Of a stretch of 64,000 bases of DNA, positions 39,869-50,400 are shown piece by piece. A program made the position numbers and the translations under genes. Numbering within the stretch: the stretch's first letter is position 1; the number at the start of each line of letters is the position of its first letter. A model generated the notes under the pieces. It saw only the letters and a program-made list of their open reading frames with translations, was not told where the DNA came from and made no database searches. The DNA is from a virus. Location of the stretch: the IMG/VR virus record IMGVR_UViG_3300045988_121463; one strand, given 5' to 3'.

Positions 39869-40876
39869 TCAGACAGCAGCGTTGTTATTGCAACATCCGT
39901 TGTTACATCCGCATCCGTTATTACAGCAACCTCCTCCGAATACCTGTCCCCAAGTATAAGCCTGGTAAGGAGAACAAGAGGGGTAGGCCGGGACGGCCGT
40001 CGGGCGTAATTGACCAACGATATTCTGGGTTTGTTGCTGAGATAATGCCGAAGCTGTCAAAGCCGCTTTTTCTTCACGAAGTTGAGCAATAGTGTTCTGC
40101 ATCTCCCTCATTTCCAACTGACAGAATTTGTCGTTGATCATAACGGTTTGGGCGTCAAGTTTCGCAGACAAGATATTGAATTGGCTTGTAGCTTGCTCAC
40201 GATTGTTAGCCAGACCTTGGTTGAGACCGTTCTGCAAGATATTGGTTTGTTCCAACGTGCGAAGCTGGTTATCAAAACCTTGCTGAGTAATCATTCCCTG
40301 AGTCTGGCAAGTGCTTTGATTGATCAACGAACTCAGATTGCAGCAGCAAGAGCTGATTTGATTTCCTATTTCACAACCTTGTTGTTGAACTGCGTTGATA
40401 ACAGCCTGAGAAGTCATACCTACCTGACCAGCTACTTTATCAATAGCACCCTGTACGTTGCAGATAGCGTTCTGAAGTTGAGTAGTAGAACAGTTCAAAG
40501 CAGAAGCAATCTGATCTATGGCGCTACGATTACCTTGAATTGCCTGCATCAAAAGTTCACGACCGTAATCGTTATTCAACTGAGCCGGCAAACCATTGGC
40601 ACAACAATCACCGCCATTTCCAAAACCGTTACCGAAGCCGCGTCCACCCCACAGCCAGAACAAAACAATTATCCAGAGCCACCAACCGTTAGCCCCACCG
40701 AAACCGTCCTGGTTGTTACGACCGTTCATCAAAGCCGCCACCAGATTCGGATCCATTTTATTACCACCTATCAAATTAGCAAACATGCCGGGAATCATTG
40801 AAAGAAGACCGTTAGTGGCTGCACCACCACCGTTAGCCCCGGCTCCATCTAAAAGGACGATTTTATCACCACCCAT
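39869..40876 (-). CDS. membrane-anchored Gly/Asn/Gln-rich protein with Cys-dyad C-terminal tail
   Basis: Start placed at MGGDKIV. TM helix WWLWIIVLFWLWGG, Q/N-rich coiled-coil, dyads DCC, SCCC, and C-terminus GGGCCNNGCGCNNGCCNNNAAV. Confidence 0.45.
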   Translation of the reverse strand: MGGDKIVLLDGAGANGGGAATNGLLSMIPGMFANLIGGNKMDPNLVAALMNGRNNQDGFGGANGWWLWIIVLFWLWGGRGFGNGFGNGGDCCANGLPAQLNNDYGRELLMQAIQGNRSAIDQIASALNCSTTQLQNAICNVQGAIDKVAGQVGMTSQAVINAVQQQGCEIGNQISSCCCNLSSLINQSTCQTQGMITQQGFDNQLRTLEQTNILQNGLNQGLANNREQATSQFNILSAKLDAQTVMINDKFCQLEMREMQNTIAQLREEKAALTASALSQQQTQNIVGQLRPTAVPAYPSCSPYQAYTWGQVFGGGCCNNGCGCNNGCCNNNAAV

Positions 40877-41089
40877 AATTTTATAGTATTTAATTGTTAA
40901 ACATACGTGCATGAAGCACGTAACAAAGATCATGATTGCAGGGTGGAACAAGGCTGAGTTTGTTTCCGATAAAATGGAAGGATTTTCAGTAAAAACGGAA
41001 ATATAATATACAACGAGTAGTTTTCCCCATTTATGGGTAAAAATTGATAATCAGCAACTTTCGCTTTTCCTTTTTTGGGTAAAGCGCTG

Positions 41090-41127
41090 TAAATCAAAAC
41101 AGGATCCGCATCACTGCGAATCCTGCC
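41090..41127 (-). terminator. putative terminator (minus strand)
   Basis: GGATCCGCA / TGCGAATCC hairpin followed on the minus-sense RNA by UUUUGAUUU. Confidence 0.3.
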
Positions 41128-41634
41128 TCAACTAATCTAAACTAAAATACCATGAAAAACTTTTCCCTACTAAAACTAAAGAACGAACAAATGTATGAAA
41201 ATACATGCTTTTCACAAAGAATCCGTATCCTGTTCTTTGGTATGGTTAAGTACATGGGATATAGTTCTGATACTTAATCCGGTTTGATTTTGTATCAGAT
41301 TATAAATATAGGATTTTAAAACTACAGTTCTTAATTGACCTAAATCATTCATAATGTTTTTATACATAAGATGAATGCTGTTGTTACGTTTGATGGTACT
41401 GATTCTCATTTCCTACTGTTATTAGTTACGTTCGGTTCTTACTTTTTCCTTATTTCCATAATCCCTTCCTGAAACTAATATCGCAAAATTAATAAAAATA
41501 ATCCATAAACGACGAAAGTCTAACTTTTCTTGTATGTTATTGATATACGTGCATATGCAAGAAAAGTGAGACTTTCACAAGCCTCACTTTCCAAATCGTA
41601 ATTATGAAAAAACTATATTATATATATACAAAAA

Positions 41635-43893
41635 TTACCTGCATTCCAATTTATTAAGATCATCCAATTCAGACTTGCTTACGGTCATGTCTTGCGTCAA
41701 GCCAGATCTGTTTTGGTATGGAGCGTAATCAGTTTCTACCGTCTTAGCCTTCTGAGTAGAATCGTATTTCACCTCCGATTCGGTTCCTGTCAGATTTTGG
41801 TAGATAGAGCCGGAACTACTCTCGCTTACTTTAGACCATATCTTATTACCTACTCTTATAAAATTATCATAAATACCTTCTGCTGTTATAACACCATCTT
41901 GCTCTACGATATTAGAACCCGATTTTTCTTTTAACAAATACGGGTGCCTGGTGTAAAAATAGTGTTCAAAATCATTCCCAGCATACGAAGGGTCATACCT
42001 CTCCAAATAAAACAATTCTGATAAAGAAGGGTCGGTACTGGTCATGCTATAATCAAACAACATCAACCTGTCTTTTCCAGATAAAGATAATTCTATTGAT
42101 TTCAAAATATCAGGATCATCAGAAATAAGACCCAAAGATGGACCAGGTTTGAAGTCAAGATACTTATAGGCATTATCATATAATTTTGTTTTATGGAGTT
42201 TGTTGTCAAGGTAAGATTGGTATAAATCGAATAAGGATAATGGGTTTTCGCTATCTTGTTTTTTGTTCATGTATCGACTATACTCCCGATCCACATCCAC
42301 GTAAGGAACGTCAAGTACCGCAGGGTGCCCAAACGCCATCCTGGTCATTATCATGTCCTCTGTGTTCTGAGAATCCATGAACGATCTGACGTATTTTTTA
42401 ATGGAAGCCATGAGCGTATTATTATCTACGTTCCGTACTTTCTCTTTATCCAAAACGCCGTTCTTAAAACAAGATTCAGGATATATTTTAGTAGAAAAAT
42501 GAGTTAGGTTGTGCTTGGCTAATACTGTTGATATTTGATACATCTCGTTAAGATCATCTTTGCTGATCCTTTGATATAGATTATCTCCTACCTTAAGCAA
42601 TGAATGTTTCTCAAATGCCTCTACTGGGTCTATATCGGATTCAGAATAAACGATATTCAAATTATCCATATACTCCGGCAATAATCCAAAATAATAGTCT
42701 GTACTATCACCAAGAACATCATCTATAGAAGATGCCAGCGTTGGAGCATAATTTACATCATTATGCCTGGCCACATAAATATCAAGATCCAGCATCAAAT
42801 TATCTATCTTATTCAAAGATTCTTCTGTGCCATCATAAGTTTCCGATGTCCCTATTATATCTATGCCAAACCACGTACAAGCCTCTTCTATATCCCATAT
42901 CATGCTTCTTAAATCGGATTCGGTGTCGGCATTAGCCCTATGTAAATAAGCTGATATACGAGCTCTTAGGAACTCTATTTTGCCAGGATTGTAATAAGAC
43001 AGATCTTGTAGCTTAGACAAGGATCTTCTCTTGCCTTCTACCACATCATCCCCTTCTATGTTTATTACCGGAATCTTATTCGTAGATGAGAACTCATCAA
43101 ACATAGATTCGGCAAATTCTTTATCAGAAACGAATTTCTCAACCAGTTCAGGGTATGAGTTTCTCAACGATTCAAAAGCAGATGAAAATTCAGAAAAGTT
43201 TTTTATGCCGGCTACTGTTTTGCCCATAGCCCAATAAAGCTCAGAAGGATTATATGGTACTTTTTTACCAAATTGGTTAAACACTCCCTCCTTGTAAACA
43301 ATAGGACCATACTGATAGTCAACAGACATAAAATAATTATCCTTTTCCCTATCATGTTCGTTAATAGAAGAATCTATTAACTTTCTCATGGAAGTCGAAA
43401 CCTCGTTTAAAACAGAAGGATCGGATAAAATACGACTTATTTCTGTTTCATCATACAAACCGGATCTCCTTAATTTCTGCTCATTCAGTATCAAACTGCC
43501 ATCTACATAAAAATCGAAGAGGATAGCATTAGACAATGAAGACGCATTGAAAAAATAATGAGTAGACAAAAGGAAATCCCTTACATCCTTAATGTCCTGA
43601 GCCGTTAAAGGATCAGCAAAATAAGTCTGACGCTTCATATACGACAGCACGTCTTCTAAAAGAGGTTCGCCATTGGGATCGGTATTAAACATCTCCCCTG
43701 GAGCCGGGTTGTTCCAATGACCGTAATACGACAAAAAACCAGGAGTGTAAGCCTTAGCCCATACCTGAAGGGCCCGCTCGCTGTTTCCTAATACTTTTAA
43801 AGCACTTTCGTAAAGAACGGAAGGCTCCCCGTTAGGAGCCTTAACCCGTTTTATTTCATTTTCCTTTTTTTCTATCTGACATTTGACACCCAT
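41635..43893 (-). CDS. large virion-associated protein (752 aa)
   Basis: Long ORF in the structural-type block. Confidence 0.55.
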   Translation of the reverse strand: MGVKCQIEKKENEIKRVKAPNGEPSVLYESALKVLGNSERALQVWAKAYTPGFLSYYGHWNNPAPGEMFNTDPNGEPLLEDVLSYMKRQTYFADPLTAQDIKDVRDFLLSTHYFFNASSLSNAILFDFYVDGSLILNEQKLRRSGLYDETEISRILSDPSVLNEVSTSMRKLIDSSINEHDREKDNYFMSVDYQYGPIVYKEGVFNQFGKKVPYNPSELYWAMGKTVAGIKNFSEFSSAFESLRNSYPELVEKFVSDKEFAESMFDEFSSTNKIPVINIEGDDVVEGKRRSLSKLQDLSYYNPGKIEFLRARISAYLHRANADTESDLRSMIWDIEEACTWFGIDIIGTSETYDGTEESLNKIDNLMLDLDIYVARHNDVNYAPTLASSIDDVLGDSTDYYFGLLPEYMDNLNIVYSESDIDPVEAFEKHSLLKVGDNLYQRISKDDLNEMYQISTVLAKHNLTHFSTKIYPESCFKNGVLDKEKVRNVDNNTLMASIKKYVRSFMDSQNTEDMIMTRMAFGHPAVLDVPYVDVDREYSRYMNKKQDSENPLSLFDLYQSYLDNKLHKTKLYDNAYKYLDFKPGPSLGLISDDPDILKSIELSLSGKDRLMLFDYSMTSTDPSLSELFYLERYDPSYAGNDFEHYFYTRHPYLLKEKSGSNIVEQDGVITAEGIYDNFIRVGNKIWSKVSESSSGSIYQNLTGTESEVKYDSTQKAKTVETDYAPYQNRSGLTQDMTVSKSELDDLNKLECR

Positions 43894-43919
43894 TGTAATT
43901 AACTTTTTTGCAAAGTTAA

Positions 43920-44450
43920 TTATAAAACCGACTTATACAATGACGGATCCCAAATTCCTTCTATATAAATCTCCGGAAAACTCAAACTGCCATCACGAAG
44001 AGTGGTGACTTCCAAGCTGGGAATGTTGAAAACAGTACTGGTATCACCAAACCCACCATTCAACTTGATAGCATTTCCGCTGTTATTAGCCTCATAATAA
44101 AAATAACAATAATTTTCATTAATGCTTGGATCATATTCGTACCAATATGTTAGATCTTGTATATGATCTTCTATGTTACCAATTTTGTTTTCACCTAATA
44201 TAAAAATACCATTATTGCTATGATTATAAACCATAGATTCATAACCACCATGATTCCAATTACTATTAAACATTATGTAACTAACATCAGAATCATGATC
44301 TTTTAATACAGGTCCTATATGTATATGAATTTTATTAAACTGACATACATAAGGTCTTTTTCCTCCAAGCCTTTTTATATCTTCATTGGATAACTTATTA
44401 TAACATCCTCCCACGAAATTATCCGCAGCATTAAAAAATCTCCTTCTCAT
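43920..44450 (-). CDS. MRRRF-family small protein (paralog C)
   Basis: Start moved to MRRRFFNAADNFVGG, 2 nt after the stop of the upstream giant gene. Confidence 0.45.
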   Translation of the reverse strand: MRRRFFNAADNFVGGCYNKLSNEDIKRLGGKRPYVCQFNKIHIHIGPVLKDHDSDVSYIMFNSNWNHGGYESMVYNHSNNGIFILGENKIGNIEDHIQDLTYWYEYDPSINENYCYFYYEANNSGNAIKLNGGFGDTSTVFNIPSLEVTTLRDGSLSFPEIYIEGIWDPSLYKSVL

Positions 44451-44452
44451 AC

Positions 44453-47400
44453 TCAACACTCCTTATTTAACTCATTTATCGAATCCGAATTATCAGAACC
44501 TTCTACGAGATTCTTATTCCTATCTATCTCTTCCTGACTCATGTTACTCATCATATTTTGTATTTTTCTACCAGATTGAGATAAAGAGCGGATGAATGCA
44601 CTGGAACTTATCTTAACTCCAAGATCCGGTTTTGCCCTAAACGCTTCACCGGTACTGATATTATACAAATCATACACACCTGAGTTCATATAGAATTTAT
44701 ATATCCAGTTTCCACCAGCTTTTTTGTACCCTAATTTGGTTAACTCGACTACACTCATACCAAATTTAATGCCATTACGACCCATTATCTTCTCAGGTAT
44801 CTGTTCTACCTTAGCCGGAACAGATGTATATGCTTCATCACCGCCGTACAGAAAATAAGGGGTTGTTACCCTTGATATGTGAGTAAGCGGTTCTTCGGAT
44901 ATACGAGGTTCGTCTTTTTCTATTTCTCCTTTTGTAGATCCAGGTAATTCGACATTTCCTTCAACTTCGACATTTGTTCTGGATTGTCCTTTGCCTTCTC
45001 CATCTCCCTTTTTATCGCCATCTTCCTCAGTGCGTACTGCACCGCCTTCTGCACTTCCTTCTTTTCCATCATTTAAAATATTATCTGATTCTGACTCTAT
45101 AGACTCCACAACAGCATCATACTCTGGTATGCCGCTAAGGAAATCTGCTACGTTATTCAAAAACTCTATTTTTTCCTCGTTTGTCATATCAAGGCTTTCC
45201 ACGGGCCTCCATATGGCAGGCAAGTTGTTTGATTTTATTGCAGTAGAAACATCTTCTACAGTTTTATTATCCACCGTAGGCAAAACTTTAGAAACCAAAC
45301 TATTGATATCAGATTCCATTTTTTCTACTTCCTCTTTTGTGCCATATTCTTTTAGGGTATCCATGCCATTGACTCTAAGAGAATAATTTAAAGCCTTACT
45401 TGGAACAAAATTAATATATTTCAAAAAGTTTTTCAACTCTGATATAATTTGTTCATCAGATCTTGGACCAACATAATCAACCACCACCTGATCTGTTTGA
45501 GAACGAAGCCAAGAAATGTATTCTTCTAAAGTCTTACCACCTTTACTGGAAGGAGTGGATATTTTATCACCTACTGTTCCTTTAGGTTCTAATCCCATTT
45601 CCTCCTTAAGACTTTTAGGATTACCTCTCTCACGAAGAAACCTCAAATCACCTCCTACAATCTTCCTTGCTATAAAATCAAAAATATTAGCATAAGGCGG
45701 CAATCCCTCTTTTTCTATATGAGATTCTATTTCGTTTAACATAAGAGAGAAGTTTTTCCTGGAGGTACGCTTCTTGCCAGGTAAAGACTGCGCATCTTGT
45801 GCCGCAGGAGCCGGCTGAGCTAATGGCGCCGTCTGAGTCTCCCGGGCAGCCCCTTCCTCTGGCATTTCCTCTTCATAAACATCCACGTATTCTTTAGAAG
45901 TAACGGTCTTACCCTCATCAGAGAAAGGAAGATCATCCTCTATAAGTGATTTAGGTCTGGAAGATGATTTACCAAACTGAATCCTGATCTTAGGAGCGAC
46001 AAACATCTCACCTTCGAAATCTATTCCAGATTCTACTTCAGACGTCACAATGTCTTTCACATTCCTGCTTTCATCTTCTACCCATTTAACAACATCAGGA
46101 ACCGTAGATAATTTTTCTATAGCCTCACGAGCTTTTCTAAGCCCTGAAATAGGATTCAAATACGATACTTGATACGAAGCCGGATCAAGGCCTAACTTGG
46201 TTAGATACGCATTAAGATCTTGTATATCATCTTGACCCATCTGTAGCAATTCAGAATCACCGGATTCAAGCAGCATATCTATAAAAGACATCCATTTCCG
46301 CCCTTCCTCTGATTCCACAGAACGCAGGCTAACTGGGAAAAGATAATTAAGACCGTTTTTACCTTTGATGACAACTACCGGAACTCTTACATTTTTGTAA
46401 TTATTCCCCTTGTCATTTAATATAGAATAAGCAAATGGGAAGCCTGTGTATTTAGATCCGTTCTTAAGCACGACTTTGCCATTTAATACATATCCGACAT
46501 CAGATACTTTTTCAGCACCTTTTTCGGTAATAGGGAGATTTTCTACCTGGCCATATCCTTGACCGTTCACCTTCATGTTAAACACCGGTCTTCCGGGAAG
46601 GGTCTGGGCAACAACATGCGTGCCGACGCCGATGGTAGCCGACCGGCCGGCGTCCTTCTTCCACTTGTTAAAAGCCGTTCTTCTTATCTTACTTATACCA
46701 TCTATGCCTCCTGTGTCAGCTTTTACAACAGAAACGAATCTGTTTCCACTCATGACCTTGATAACCATATTGGACACCAGTTTATTCTCAGCAGATTCTA
46801 TTCTTTTTTTATCGCCGGACTGAACAGCATCATTGTATTCGGCAAAAAGAGACTGATTATAGGTATCATTTACATCTATTTCGAGATTAACCTTATCTCC
46901 TTTTTTCAAAGAAGATAATGCTTCCTGATCTATTTTATCTACCTCATTATCTCCGAATCCGACACCCGTTCTGTACGGAACCAACTCATCTGAATCAAGA
47001 CGCTTATAAACCAAAGAATAGGAATTACCCACGTCCTGAATAGACACATCTGTGTAGCGATTAAGAACACGAGCCGATTCTTTGTCTATAGACCATCTCG
47101 CATGATAAGGAAGTTCTATCACGGTAGCCGTTTCTCCACCTATGTTAAGGAAATACCTTTTAGTTCCATTAGCGTTCGTTTCAGAACTTATTTGAATAGG
47201 AACCAATGATTTTATTGAAGATATAAATTTATCGGCTCTAAGACCTGCAATTTCATACCTTTCATTGCCGTCATTGGAGATTCTTCTCACCATCAACGTC
47301 TCTGGATTCTGGGCGCTATCTATATTGGCTCCTGGCGTATTATCGGATTCATCTAACTCATTTACAAGAGAATCTATATTAGCATCATCTTCCCCAAAAT

Positions 47401-50400
47401 TACTCAACGTAGATTCAGAGATACGACCTTTGTCAATAATCCTGTTTTGTTCAACATAAGGAAGGAGATCCGTGATGTTTCCAACCTGGCCAAGATCTTC
47501 TATGGTAAATACCGAATCAGCAAGCTTATCTTCGTCAACTTTCTCCCCTTTGTCCCGTCTGTTCATTATATCCACATACGAAGAAATAGCATCATCAAGT
47601 TCCTGCCTTTGATCTGGTTCCAAATTTGATTTAGCCATATCAATAATGATCTTATTGTCCTCATACACAGATCGAGGTTCAGTAAGTCTCTTAACTTTAT
47701 CCGATAAATCTTTTATCATCTTAGCCGGACTATCACCAAGATATGATATATAATCATCAATATCCTGTTTATACTTTTCATATATCTCCTTCTCCCTTGG
47801 AGATAAAAGATCTTGATTACCTGTATATATCTTATCTACGATACGTTCTCTAACCTCTATAGGTGCAGACAAAAGATCTTTCATTGCCAACTCATAATCA
47901 AAATCAGACAATATATCCTCTTTCGGCTTCTGAGTTATACCATCGTTTAGATGACCAAATACTTTCATGGTAAATGCTTCATCTAAATTTATTTCTCCAT
48001 TATTCAGAAGTTCATCTATTTTTTCATCCAAACTGACATTATTACCCTCTGTCTGATAAAAACGATCACTTTCTATAGATTCAGTATTAGAAGATACCAT
48101 ATCATTTAAGAACTTAGAAAATAAAGAAAAATCATGTCTCATGAATTTCTTATCCTGTATGGAGTTCATAAATGACCGTAAAACCTTATATTGGGTAATG
48201 GCTTGCTGATATTTCACAACCATATTTCTTAAATCCTCTGCTTCTTTCTTTCCTTTATTATTCTCAATATAAGTACTTAAAGAAGCTACGGAGTCATAAG
48301 CCTTCAATATATCTTCAGCAGTTATCGTTTCAGATTTAAACAACTCAAGAGCTAATACTCCAGGATCAAAAGAATAAAATACTTCTTTATAACTACTAAG
48401 AAGTTCTTCTGACAACCTTCTATATTCCTTATTAAGATTATCGTATTTAATAGTTTTTTGTTTTATAGCCTCTGCTTCGGTATCATTGCCATCCTCTACT
48501 CTTCTCGGAGTTGTAGCCAACCTCTCTATTTCAGCATTCAGATCATTGATCTCATTACGCAATTCCCTTAACTGATTAGCTGTATCAAAAGCTTGACTTG
48601 ATAATGAATAAAACGTATTTATATCATCAAACAAATTATTGTCATTTACATAATCAGCAATATCATTTGATGCTTCCATTGCTATATCCTCTGCATCCAA
48701 CCCCTTAAAAACAGCATTAGCAACATTAGATCGATAAAGATCAGATGAAGTCTCAGCAGTAATAGCCTCAGCAAAAGAAGAAGCTTTTTTATAATTGGCT
48801 AACTTCTTATCAAAATCTTTTATAATATCTTCCTTATATTTTTTGACAGTTTCTTCATCTACTTTCATTTCAGAAGCCAACTCACTTTCGTCAAGGCTTT
48901 TAACCATTGACCTGAAATTGTTAGCCGTATCCTCTAACATTCCCATTCTGTCAGATAATTCAAATTTAGAATAATAATCTGATTCAGGATCATTCATTTG
49001 AGCATTAAATTCGGCTAAATTTCGCATAGAGTCTTTTACAGATTGAGAAGTAAAAGCATTATTACTATTAAATTTCTCAACATCAGTATTAATAGTACGT
49101 TCTTTATTTCTCCTTTCATATAAACCAAAAGCACCATTTCTGGCTCCAAATAAACCACCAATCAGGGATCCTATACCAATCTCTTTCAATCCTTCTTTGG
49201 TTGTAAATTGTTCAGCTATGGCCTTAGAAAAAGAATCAACTATAGAAGACGTAGCATCAAGATACGTCTTATCATATCTTGATCTAATAAAATCTTCCCC
49301 CATGCGCTGAGCAACACCTTGCATGCCTTCCTCCCATACGCCTTCAGATATGGGCCTTTTAGACACATTCCAGACAGTAGCTAAGGATTTCTGGAATAAA
49401 TTTGCTTTTAATGTCTGTAACCTTCCAGCATCACCCGCTACCTTCTTAGTTCCTAATCCAAACAAATAACGATCTATAAAACTCTTTGATCCTCCATATG
49501 TATCTGATACACCCTTTAATCCAGGTATGTATTTAGAAGCAAAACCAGTGTCTACTCCAAGATATTTTCCCAGAAGGAGATAATTGGATAATCCAACTAT
49601 ACCCATATTGGCTAAAAATATGCTGTTTGCTGTATCGGAAATAGAACTCTTAAATTCAGCCATCTCGGACTGATTAGGATTCCGACCATACATATTTTTA
49701 AAATATTCTTTGTATTTACTTTCAGAGTCTTTCATGAAGGACTGAGCTTCCACAGCAGACTCCCAGCCGGCTCCCACGAACGTATTTACTCCTACCTTGG
49801 CCATATTGCCGATAGCTCTGCCGTACATCGCTCCTGCTCTATACGCTCCAAAAGCGGATTTTACAGCACTTGCTGCAATCTTAGATGCTGCCATCTTGCC
49901 GGCCACTTTCATCCCTACTTTAGCGCCAACAGCTCCAAGACTTGACACGCCCATCCCACCTGTAAGGTAGGCAGACAGAATAGCTCCTGTCGTAAACGAT
50001 AGACCATTTCCAATAACATCATTAAAAATAAAATTTGCAGTTCCAAGACTCTGCAAAAATCCCATATCACGCTCTTCTCTTGTATAATAATGAGGAAGAG
50101 AGTGGTTTATTCTTTCATCTATATCATTTATGGTCCGTGTAAAATCATTGTCAAATGCAGAAGATAACGTACCAGTCTTTATAAGATTATACGCAGCCGG
50201 GATAATACCTACTACTCCTGATACACCATATAATGCTGTTTTTGTTACAAGCTTTCCTATGCCATTAACAGCCTTATTCCAAGTAGTTTGCCTTCTTCCG
50301 TAATAATCTTCATTATCCCTTCCTGGCATATAACTTTTAAACTTTGCAAGACCGATGTTTCCATCGGATAAAAAGTCATATGCTTCATCTAACTTAATAG

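Noticed and set aside
41212-41409. 65-aa minus-strand ORF in the 41-kb non-coding region
   Set aside because: No start context or conservation cues; the region is better explained as regulatory or ncRNA space, so it is left uncalled.
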